A stretch of 32,000 nt of DNA from Candidatus Babelota bacterium (lineage in GTDB: Bacteria; Babelota; Babeliae; Babelales; Vermiphilaceae): NCBI GenBank assembly GCA_039809905.1, contig JBDHVY010000001.1, positions 360,001 to 392,000 on the forward strand. Reading direction: 5' to 3'. A model generated the notes under the pieces. The model had not been told where the DNA came from. It was given only the letters and a program-made list of their open reading frames with translations, and made no database searches. Each line of letters begins with the position of its first letter. Positions within the stretch are counted from its first letter, which is position 1. Below, piece by piece: positions 24,469 through 32,000 of the stretch. Made by a program: the position numbers and the translations under genes.

Positions 24469-25173
24469 TTATTGTTCACGCCGGTTTCCCATAAAACGAA
24501 GAAGAAATAGGAAAAGATTAATAAAATCGAGATAAAGCGTTAATGCACCAATAAGCGTCACCTTACCTATCATTTCTTTTTCAACAAGCATAGATCTACC
24601 ATATTGCTTTATCTTTTGAGTATCATACGCAGTTAATAAAGTAAAAACAATAACGCCTATACCAGAAAGAATATAATCAAATTGTTCGCTTTTTAAAAAC
24701 ATGTTGATAAGCATTCCAATGATAAGTCCTATCAAAACCATAAAACTCAAATTTCCAATGCTTGTCAGATCAGACTTGGTTATATAACCATACACGGACA
24801 TAACTCCAAACATCCCTGCAGTTGTCAAAAATGTAGTAATGATAGAAATTTCAGTATACACATAAAAAATAGATGAGAGTGTTATACCAAGAGTTGCAGC
24901 ATATAATAAAAAAAGCACTAATGCAGTAATAAATGAAATACGATTAAGAAAAAATGTAATGCCAAAAATAAAAGCAAATTGAGCAAAAATTAAACCAAAT
25001 ATCAAACCTGGATGAGTATACATATAGGTAAAAATAACAGGAGTACTGGCAACATAATAAGCAACGCCAGCCGTTATTGCTAAAGCACAACTCATCCAAC
25101 CATATACACCACACATAAATGATGAAACATTTTTATCCAGTTCGTAACTATTTGAAAACATATACTCCCCCAT
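24469..25173 (-). CDS. Bax inhibitor-1 / YccA (TMBIM) family membrane protein
   Basis: Seven hydrophobic segments. N-terminal VSSFMCGVYGWMSCALAITAG and C-terminal LTLYLDFINLFLFLLRFMG match the BI-1/YccA pattern. An alternative start at 25161 (MFSNS) follows GGGGAG. Confidence 0.8.
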   Translation of the reverse strand: MGEYMFSNSYELDKNVSSFMCGVYGWMSCALAITAGVAYYVASTPVIFTYMYTHPGLIFGLIFAQFAFIFGITFFLNRISFITALVLFLLYAATLGITLSSIFYVYTEISIITTFLTTAGMFGVMSVYGYITKSDLTSIGNLSFMVLIGLIIGMLINMFLKSEQFDYILSGIGVIVFTLLTAYDTQKIKQYGRSMLVEKEMIGKVTLIGALTLYLDFINLFLFLLRFMGNRREQ

Positions 25174-25317
25174 TTCTTAACGATTTTTTGCTATTACACT
25201 ACGCAATTTATCATTAATTAAGCAATGATTTCAATTGAACTCATAATAGACTTGCATCTAGGAGCATATTTATAGTAAAAAGAGCTTATAGCAAAATTTA
25301 TTAAAGCAATCAAAAAC

Positions 25318-25361
25318 CCTCTTAATACGGGGTGCCCGTGTGAAACGGAGTGGAGCATGGG
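25318..25361 (+). promoter_or_regulatory. GC-tract leader element, copy B (upstream of a small secreted protein gene)
   Basis: CCTCTTAATACGGGGTGCCCGTGTGAAACGGAGTGGAGCATGGG, preceded by an A-run as in copy A, ending 33 nt before the ATG at 25395. Confidence 0.4.
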
Positions 25362-25394
25362 ACTATACATACAACAAATCTAAAGGAATAAAAA

Positions 25395-26012
25395 ATGATG
25401 TATTTACTCATAGCATTTATTTCATTGCTCCATATATCTGCCAGCTATGCTCAATTCAGTTCAACAACAGCAAAAGATCTTAAACAACCAGTTAATTTCT
25501 CTGGAAAAATAACTACTCATCAAAATCAGGAATTTGTCGTTGATAACATTTCTATTTATGGTAAATATACAAAAATTCCTATGGCCCTCAAACCTGAAAA
25601 TCTTTCTGAAGGAGAACTCAATCCTGAAACAAAACAATATGAAGTTAAACTGGAAACTGATCCTAATACCGTTAAAAGAGATATCGACCTTGACGAAACA
25701 AGTGAAATAAAAGTTCCCTCACCCAATACCATTTATACGTATCACAAAAAAGAACGGGGCAAAAAATTAGAATTCATAGAAGTAGAAGTAACCAGTAAAA
25801 GTAATACAAAATATTCCTATCTTTTAGATCCTAAAACCCCTATTTATTGTGACGCCGTAGATAGTGCAGGCCCACAAGAAACAACTGTCATACTTTCTGC
25901 ACTCAAAACTCTCACTATTGAAGGATACACATATCGTGATACAAACGCTGATAAAAAACAACCATGCAAATCAAATAGTTGTCCACCCTGTGAAAACAAA
26001 AACAAAAAATAA
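25395..26012 (+). CDS. Secreted hypothetical protein
   Basis: SD AAGGA. Signal peptide MMYLLIAFISLLHISASYA|Q. Lys/Cys-rich C-terminus KQPCKSNSCPPCENKNKK. No family recognised. Confidence 0.6.
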   Translation: MMYLLIAFISLLHISASYAQFSSTTAKDLKQPVNFSGKITTHQNQEFVVDNISIYGKYTKIPMALKPENLSEGELNPETKQYEVKLETDPNTVKRDIDLDETSEIKVPSPNTIYTYHKKERGKKLEFIEVEVTSKSNTKYSYLLDPKTPIYCDAVDSAGPQETTVILSALKTLTIEGYTYRDTNADKKQPCKSNSCPPCENKNKK

Positions 26013-26018
26013 CCAATA

Positions 26019-26050
26019 AAAAAACCTCCGCTTTTCAACGGAGGTTTTTT
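26019..26050. terminator. Bidirectional intrinsic terminator
   Basis: AAAAAACCTCCG (26019-26030) / CGGAGGTTTTTT (26039-26050) with an 8-nt loop, between convergent genes. Confidence 0.85.
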
Positions 26051-26052
26051 AT

Positions 26053-26943
26053 TTAGTTTTGAGGAGTTTCTGGTTTTAATTCAGGAGCTGATTTTTCTGA
26101 CTCAGGATCCGTAACTTCTCTTCTAATTTCACGTTTCAATTCTTCTCTGAGAGCTTCTATTTTTGCCACAATTTCTCTGGTTGTTTTATTGTATTTAGCA
26201 TTTTCCTTAAATTGCTCTAGTGTTATAGGAGCTCCTTCTTTTACTGCCTTTACATATGCATTATACAATTTGCTATCAATCTTTTTATCAACCTGGTCTT
26301 CAGAAAGTACAGATCCTTCAAGACATTTACAATATTCATCGCCTTGGAGCTTTCTACATGTCTGATATTGCTGTAAATGCAATGTGTCCATTCCTATATA
26401 AAGCTTACCTAGTTGCTCTCGCAGTTCAGGAAATATTCTATTCTCAACAACCGTATGATATCCCTTAATTTCTTTATATAATTTTTCATTAATATCTTTT
26501 TTTCCCGCGGTAAGCTTATCTATCAGTTGCACCTCCTGTGCACACATTGATTCTTGTTCAGGAGTAAACCATCCCCACAGAGATCCCTCTATAGCACCAG
26601 CTTTTTTCTTCTTATCTTTGCCTTGTTCTTCAACTGCTGTATTGCTAGAATCCTTATGACGCAAGAGGCGGTCACCACCATGAGAAAGCTCTATAACTAA
26701 TTTCTCTATAAAAGTATTCCGCTGGTCATGACCATGGAGCTCAAGTTCAAGAGCATATTTTTTTTCTTTTTCTTCTAGTAATTGACTAGATAAAGAATTT
26801 ATTTTTGCTTTTGATTCTGCACATTGCTGTTTATTCTTCTCATGTTGTTCAGGAGTTATTATGGGCACATTTTTCTGAGCTTCTTGAGCGTACACAAGAC
26901 TACAACTGGAAACAAAAAGAAGAGATAATAATTTTTTTTGCAT
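26053..26943 (-). CDS. Secreted coiled-coil hypothetical protein
   Basis: Start chosen at MQKKLLSLLFVSSCSLVYAQEAQ (ATG 26943), which gives a canonical signal peptide; the ORF track extends to 27033. Lys/Glu-rich heptad-like segments. No family recognised. Confidence 0.55.
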   Translation of the reverse strand: MQKKLLSLLFVSSCSLVYAQEAQKNVPIITPEQHEKNKQQCAESKAKINSLSSQLLEEKEKKYALELELHGHDQRNTFIEKLVIELSHGGDRLLRHKDSSNTAVEEQGKDKKKKAGAIEGSLWGWFTPEQESMCAQEVQLIDKLTAGKKDINEKLYKEIKGYHTVVENRIFPELREQLGKLYIGMDTLHLQQYQTCRKLQGDEYCKCLEGSVLSEDQVDKKIDSKLYNAYVKAVKEGAPITLEQFKENAKYNKTTREIVAKIEALREELKREIRREVTDPESEKSAPELKPETPQN

Positions 26944-27108
26944 ACAATTCCTATAAAAAAAACGTTTGATTGCGTCACTATGATAAGCTATTATTTCACC
27001 TTGAAAGCGTAACAGAATTAAATATTTCTTCAATATTTTAATTGCTTGTGATCATAATGATTACTCGTTATTATAATTTAATCAAATACTTTTACCTAAA
27101 GGACAAAC

Positions 27109-27435
27109 ATGGCTCTATCAATTACTCCAGAAAATCATGATACGCTCGTCAAACAAGCAAACAAACCAGTTATCTTGGACATATATGCTACATGGTGTGG
27201 ACCCTGCCAACAAATGGAACCTATGTTAGAAGAACTAGAAAAAGAGCTTGGTGATGCCTATATTTTTGGAAAATTGAATGTTGATGAAGCTCGAGAAATA
27301 TCAATAAAAGAATATGGCGTTACCTCTGTTCCTACATTTGTTTTTATTAAAGATGGCGTAGTAAAAGGAAAAGAAACAGGGTACATGAGCAAAAGCACAT
27401 TTCAAGAAAAAATAACTGCTGCATTTGGCAAATAA
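27109..27435 (+). CDS. trxA: Thioredoxin
   Basis: 108 aa with active site WCGPC. SD AAGGA 6 nt upstream. A perfect TATAAT lies at 27072-27077. Confidence 0.95.
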   Translation: MALSITPENHDTLVKQANKPVILDIYATWCGPCQQMEPMLEELEKELGDAYIFGKLNVDEAREISIKEYGVTSVPTFVFIKDGVVKGKETGYMSKSTFQEKITAAFGK

Positions 27436-27437
27436 AA

Positions 27438-27473
27438 AAAAACAAGAGGGCAATACATTACCCTCTTGTTTTT
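27438..27473. terminator. Bidirectional intrinsic terminator
   Basis: AAAAACAAGAGGG (27438-27450) / CCCTCTTGTTTTT (27461-27473) with a 10-nt loop, between convergent trxA and the Cys-rich gene. Confidence 0.85.
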
Positions 27474-27485
27474 CATATCACTATT

Positions 27486-27887
27486 TTAAGAACATGATTT
27501 TGCAATACAATCTTTACAAGCATCAATACATAAATTACAAGCCATCACACATTCTTCACATGCATTAGCACATGTTTCTTCTGTTCCTGACTCACATTCC
27601 TCTTTACAACCCTGACATGCCTGAATGCATTCTTCACATTTTTTGATACATGCCAGACAAGCTTTCACACATTCCTCATCGTTACAATTTTCAATGTGTT
27701 CTCTGCATTGTTCTATACAGTTATTACAAGATTCTATGCAGTCTTGACATGATTGAATACAACTTCTTCTTTCCGCCATTCCACATTCTTGTAATAATCT
27801 ACAAGCATCACCACGCTCTTTGCATATTTCCACTGACTGTGTACATTTTTCAATACATTTTTTACATGCATCAAGATGACTCGACAT
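27486..27887 (-). CDS. Cysteine-rich four-helix-bundle protein (DUF326 / Csp-like putative metal-binding or storage protein), cytosolic
   Basis: 133 aa with 29 Cys by my count, arranged as alternating C-x2-C / C-x3-C runs in four blocks (for example CIQSCQDCIESCNNCIEQC and CVKACLACIKKCEECIQACQGCKEEC). No signal peptide. SD AAGGAG. Confidence 0.75.
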   Translation of the reverse strand: MSSHLDACKKCIEKCTQSVEICKERGDACRLLQECGMAERRSCIQSCQDCIESCNNCIEQCREHIENCNDEECVKACLACIKKCEECIQACQGCKEECESGTEETCANACEECVMACNLCIDACKDCIAKSCS

Positions 27888-27937
27888 AACAATCTCCTTT
27901 TTTTCTCATGAGATCTCATTACAAGTCTCATTGCAGG

Positions 27938-29263
27938 TTATGGTTTTATTTTTTCATCTTGTATATCAATTCCCAGAGCTTTCAATTGGTCACGTAACTC
28001 ATCAGAGCGTGACCAATTTTTTTCCTGGCGAGCAAGGTTTCGTGCATCAATCAATGCTTGAATTTCTGGAGTCAACTCAACCTCTTGCACCGGTAAAGGC
28101 TGCAACGTTAAGCCAAGAACATTTTGCAATACATTTTTAACAGCAGCTAATTCTTTTTTATCATGCGCAATAGCGGTTATATTTTCAAATAAAACACCAA
28201 AAAAACCTGGCGTGTTTAAATCATCTTGTAAAAAAGACATCATACGATCAATAACATCAGATTGATGCTCAGATATATTACTATCCAATACATTTGTTTC
28301 ACATAATGCAATCAATCGCTCATAACTTTTTTGTGCACTTTTCAACACATCAAAACTGAATTCAACGGGCATACGGTAATGATGAGTTAAAAAGAAATAG
28401 CGAATAACCATTGGATCAAAATGTTTATAAAGATCACGTAAAAAGAAAAAATTGCCTAACGATTTTGACATTTTTTCTTTGTTAATGGTAATCATTCCAT
28501 TATGCATCCAAATACGCGAAAATGGTTCGCCGAATAAACTTTCTGATTGAGCAATTTCATTTTCATGATGAGGAAATATAAGGTCAAGCCCTCCACCATG
28601 AATATCAATATGTTCACCTAAATAAATACGAGCAAGCACGGAACATTCGATATGCCAACCAGGTCGTCCATAACCCCAAGGACTCTGCCAAAATTCGCCT
28701 TCAGGTTCACCTTTCCATAGAGCAAAATCAAGCGGGTTTTCTTTTTGCTCGCGCACATCAATGCGAGCTCCTGCATGCAAATCTTCTATTCTCTGTTTTG
28801 AAAGTTTGCCATAATCAGCATCTGTTGCAATACGAAAATAAACATCGTTGCCAGACTGATAAGCACAGTCTTTATCGATAAGTTTTTGTATAAAATCTAT
28901 AATTTCTGGGATATTATCGGTAACACGCGGCTCATAATCAGGAGACAGACAATTTAATTTTCCAATATCCTCATGAAAATGATCAATATACCGATCTGCA
29001 ATCTCTTTAAATCGCAAACGATCACCTAACTCTTTTTCAGCACGGTGCATTGTTTTATCATCAATATCGGTAAAATTTCTGCAATATGTTGCCTTAATGC
29101 CATAAAAAGAAAAGAGCCTTTTGACAAGATCAAAAGAAACATAACAACGCCCATGCCCGACATGTGAATCATCATAGGGAGTAACTCCACATACATACAT
29201 TTTGATGGGATTGGTAACGATGAGCTCTTCTTTTTTTCCCGTCAGGGTATTCATATAATGCAT
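27938..29263 (-). CDS. cysS: Cysteinyl-tRNA synthetase
   Basis: HIGH motif HVGHGR and KMSKS motif both present. N-terminus MHYMNTLTGKKEEL parallels E. coli MLKIFNTLTRQKEEF. The start is uncertain between 29263, 29254 and 29299. Confidence 0.93.
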   Translation of the reverse strand: MHYMNTLTGKKEELIVTNPIKMYVCGVTPYDDSHVGHGRCYVSFDLVKRLFSFYGIKATYCRNFTDIDDKTMHRAEKELGDRLRFKEIADRYIDHFHEDIGKLNCLSPDYEPRVTDNIPEIIDFIQKLIDKDCAYQSGNDVYFRIATDADYGKLSKQRIEDLHAGARIDVREQKENPLDFALWKGEPEGEFWQSPWGYGRPGWHIECSVLARIYLGEHIDIHGGGLDLIFPHHENEIAQSESLFGEPFSRIWMHNGMITINKEKMSKSLGNFFFLRDLYKHFDPMVIRYFFLTHHYRMPVEFSFDVLKSAQKSYERLIALCETNVLDSNISEHQSDVIDRMMSFLQDDLNTPGFFGVLFENITAIAHDKKELAAVKNVLQNVLGLTLQPLPVQEVELTPEIQALIDARNLARQEKNWSRSDELRDQLKALGIDIQDEKIKP

Positions 29264-29480
29264 AAGGCATACCTTATTAAGAAATCTTTTATTAAACAAA
29301 ATCTAAGACTTTAAGCTGTAGTTTTTACCTAAACTATCACATTTTTTTCTTTTTTTTAAATTATATATAGATCATCGAGATTACCGGAAACAGATAAACT
29401 ACCTAGTAAAAAATTAAAAAATGAGTAGTATGTTTCAGTAATTGTATCAATTCAAAGCAACGTCTGGCAGCAGGACCACT

Positions 29481-32000
29481 ATGACTGAAAAATTAAAAAA
29501 AGGAAATCGAAATTACTGTGTTATCCTATTCTTTCTGCTCTTGGTAACCGGTATCACGGAATCTCAACACAGAACATCTACTTCAACCACAAGCTCTATG
29601 AGCAAAGGAATAAGCACGTATGATAATGACACATACGATGATGAAATAAATGATGAAGATAATGAAGACGAAGATGGCCAAAGCGTTATTCAATCAAATA
29701 GCACATTTAGCAATAAATCCCATCGCATCAGCGCCATTAAAGTGCATGGAAATGTATTAACATCTCAAGATGCTATTTTAACGCACATTCCTTATAAAAT
29801 TGGTGAAATATTTGATGCACGAAAAACAAGAACACTCATCAGAAATCTTTATTATAATCTTAAAAAGTTTCGCACCATAAAAGTAATGAGTGAAGTAATC
29901 AATAATACGTATATGAATCTTCATATTTTTGTTGAAGAAAAATATCCACTCAAAGAACTTAAGACTATTGGCAATAAAAAGGTATCCGAAAAAGAAATTG
30001 CAAAAAAAATCGATCTTGAAAATCTCACCACTATTGATCCAGAAGAACTGAAAATAATAGCCAATAAAATTAAAAGCATTTACTTAGAAAAAGGCTATCA
30101 CCAAACGGATATTGAAACTGCAATTGAAATCGATGATAACAATCGAGCTACTGCAATACTCACCGTTCACGAAGGAATTGCTGCAACAGTCAAACAAATA
30201 CACTTTGTTGGCAATAATGCAATCAGCAGCAAAGAGCTGCGTGCTGTTGCACTTACTAAAGAAGATTGGCTTTTAGGTTTTTTAGATAAATCGGGTAATT
30301 ATCATCCAGACCGTCTTGAAGGTGATAAGCATTTCATAGAACAATTTTATCAAAACAATGGGTTCCTTCACGCAAAGGTTGTTGATATTGATATCAATAT
30401 CGATCCGATAACACAAAATATTATTTTGACATTCGAAATAGAAGAAGGGCATCAATATGTCATTGATAAAATAAGTGCACCAGGAACAGAAAATGTTTCT
30501 GAACAGTATTTGCTTGCAATGTTACCAATTCGTCCTGGCATGTATTATTCCCGTGATGGCATTACTAATTCAATAAAGCGCCTTGAGCTTATTTGGGGTG
30601 ATTATGGATATATTTTTGCTCACATAGAACCATCAATACAACCAAATGAAGAAACCAAAACAGTTTCCCTTTCGTTTTTTTCTGAATTAGGAGATCAAGT
30701 ATACCTCAATAAAATTAATATTCGCGGCAATACAAAAACACGCGATAAAATTATTAGACGAAAAATTCTTCTTGATGAAGGAGAATTGATTACACAAAAC
30801 AGGATGAATGCATCAAAACGCAATGTAGCATCTCTTGGCTATTTTGATCCACGCGATGGGGTTAACTGGAAAATTCGTCGTCTTAATAAAGAAGAAGCTG
30901 ATCTTGATTTAATCGTCAAAGAAACAAAAACGGGTCATTTTGGCGCGCAATTAGGATTTGGTGGATCAGGAGCTGATTGGCAATCTCCTATTTCTGGTAT
31001 GTCAGTAAAAGTAGAAGCCTCTGATACCAATCTTTTTGGAAGTGGTGTTCATTTAAATGTTAGTACTACATATTCCAAAGATGAACAAACTGCTATTCTT
31101 CATATTGCCCAACCATGGCTTTTTGATAAACCAATTTTAGGCGCATTTGATATTTATCATAGACGACCTGTCTATGATGAGTTGCGACATGTCAGAACCG
31201 TGCATCAAAAACTTACTGGTGGATCAGTCACTTTCGGCTGTATCACGCAATCAAAAAATCAGTTGTTTCATGATGTTAATATTCTTGCCAGTTCCGGTGT
31301 TGAAGATATTAAATATGATCGCCGCCCATTAGCTGAACTTGGCAATCCGTTAGAACGCTTGCAATATCAAGCAATTTTAGACCAAGAATTTAAACCAGGC
31401 ACATTTGCATTTGTTTCAACAAAAATGGAACAAGATACCCGTAATCATCCTATTCATACCATGTGGGGTCATAAATGGAGATTTTCAACTAAATTTGCAA
31501 TACCAAGCTTTGGTAACAATATCGGCTTTTATAAAATAGAACTTGATGCAAGCTGGTTTACGCCACTTATCGCTGAATATGACCTTGTATTAAAACTACA
31601 CGCTTATTTTGGTGTTTCATCGCCATTTAAAAATAGAATTGTTCCTTTTGGTGATTTATTCCACATTGGTGGACAATCAAGCGTTCGTGGCTTTTTATTC
31701 GGACAAATTGGTCCAGAATTTTTAGGCGACACTATTGGTGGATCAAAAGCCTTCTTCTGGAACGCAGAACTTATTGCACCAATTACCGCAGATATGAATA
31801 TGAAAGCTGTCGTATTTTATGATGGCGGTACTGGTTTTGACAACCCATATGTTACCTGCGCGGATAAACCTTTTGTCTCAGGAAATAATTTTGATTATCG
31901 TCACTCAATTGGTATTGGTATAAGAGTATTACAACCAATGCCGGTGAATATTGACTGGGGCTTTAAAATAGATCCTCGTAAAAATAGATTGTTCCCTAAT
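29481..32000 (+). CDS. bamA: Outer membrane protein assembly factor BamA (Omp85), 5' part; continues past the window end
   Basis: Frame 3 is open for 840 codons from ATG 29481 to the window edge, so it is absent from the ORF track. Signal-like NYCVILFFLLLVTG. POTRA-like repeats (ISAIKVHGNVLTSQDAILTHIPYKIGEIF; INIRGNTKTRDKIIRRKILLDEGELI). Barrel motifs FHIGGQSSVRGF. Confidence 0.9.
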   Translation, partial: MTEKLKKGNRNYCVILFFLLLVTGITESQHRTSTSTTSSMSKGISTYDNDTYDDEINDEDNEDEDGQSVIQSNSTFSNKSHRISAIKVHGNVLTSQDAILTHIPYKIGEIFDARKTRTLIRNLYYNLKKFRTIKVMSEVINNTYMNLHIFVEEKYPLKELKTIGNKKVSEKEIAKKIDLENLTTIDPEELKIIANKIKSIYLEKGYHQTDIETAIEIDDNNRATAILTVHEGIAATVKQIHFVGNNAISSKELRAVALTKEDWLLGFLDKSGNYHPDRLEGDKHFIEQFYQNNGFLHAKVVDIDINIDPITQNIILTFEIEEGHQYVIDKISAPGTENVSEQYLLAMLPIRPGMYYSRDGITNSIKRLELIWGDYGYIFAHIEPSIQPNEETKTVSLSFFSELGDQVYLNKINIRGNTKTRDKIIRRKILLDEGELITQNRMNASKRNVASLGYFDPRDGVNWKIRRLNKEEADLDLIVKETKTGHFGAQLGFGGSGADWQSPISGMSVKVEASDTNLFGSGVHLNVSTTYSKDEQTAILHIAQPWLFDKPILGAFDIYHRRPVYDELRHVRTVHQKLTGGSVTFGCITQSKNQLFHDVNILASSGVEDIKYDRRPLAELGNPLERLQYQAILDQEFKPGTFAFVSTKMEQDTRNHPIHTMWGHKWRFSTKFAIPSFGNNIGFYKIELDASWFTPLIAEYDLVLKLHAYFGVSSPFKNRIVPFGDLFHIGGQSSVRGFLFGQIGPEFLGDTIGGSKAFFWNAELIAPITADMNMKAVVFYDGGTGFDNPYVTCADKPFVSGNNFDYRHSIGIGIRVLQPMPVNIDWGFKIDPRKNRLFPN

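Noticed and set aside
25318-25361. Possibility that the GC-tract leader element is a known riboswitch (preQ1-I/II, guanidine-II mini-ykkC, fluoride, ZTP)
   Set aside because: Compared from memory, none of the conserved cores is present: no ACGR tetraloops, no preQ1 CCCUCUAUAAAAAACUAA-type tail, no fluoride or ZTP consensus. I therefore report it only as an unclassified element. An Rfam scan is needed.
31147-31332. 61-aa plus-strand ORF in the ORF track
   Set aside because: It is in an alternative frame inside bamA. The real reading frame (frame 3 from 29481) is open to the window edge and carries POTRA and barrel motifs.
1-32000. CRISPR arrays, IS elements, toxin-antitoxin pairs or recognisable defence systems
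   Set aside because: There are no regularly spaced direct repeats, no transposase, integrase, Cas or nuclease-type ORFs, and no small overlapping gene pairs. The only ATPase of uncertain role (MutS-like) has no adjacent nuclease partner.

Overview
AT-rich chromosomal window from a diderm bacterium (a BamA/Omp85 gene is present). I call 25 protein-coding genes and 4 tRNAs, all four with an encoded 3' CCA. There is no rRNA, CRISPR array, transposase, integrase or phage gene. Housekeeping genes are prfB (3' part), hinT-like HIT, an MsbA-type ABC exporter, trxA, cysS, bamA (5' part), a BI-1/YccA homologue, a DUF167 protein, an EamA transporter and a PilC/GspF-like protein. Between them sit many lineage-specific genes, and about 14 of the 25 proteins start with a signal-peptide-like hydrophobic segment. 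Several carry eukaryote-like modules: a collagen GXT triple-helix repeat, ankyrin repeats, a WD40-like propeller, and an SPXX/SPKK tract with an NLS-like tract. This resembles host- or amoeba-associated lineages such as Dependentiae/TM6; that placement is inference only, because no taxonomic marker could be searched. The most interesting items are: (1) a collagen-like surface protein, its tandem paralogue and a converging signal-anchored GT2-TPR glycosyltransferase; (2) a three-module ankyrin protein family whose large member has an NLS-like tract and nine S/T-P motifs; (3) a GC-rich 5'-leader element of about 45-75 nt present in three copies, built from alternating CCTC/GGGG/CCCC/GGGG tracts; (4) a secreted GH1-like protein in which both catalytic glutamates appear substituted; (5) a lipoprotein made of four tandem sCache_2-like domains with no output domain; (6) a Cys-lined four-helix (DUF326/Csp-like) protein apparently co-transcribed with cysS and next to trxA; (7) a MutS domain III+V ATPase with signal and transmembrane segments. 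All family calls come from reading motifs by eye; no database search was possible.
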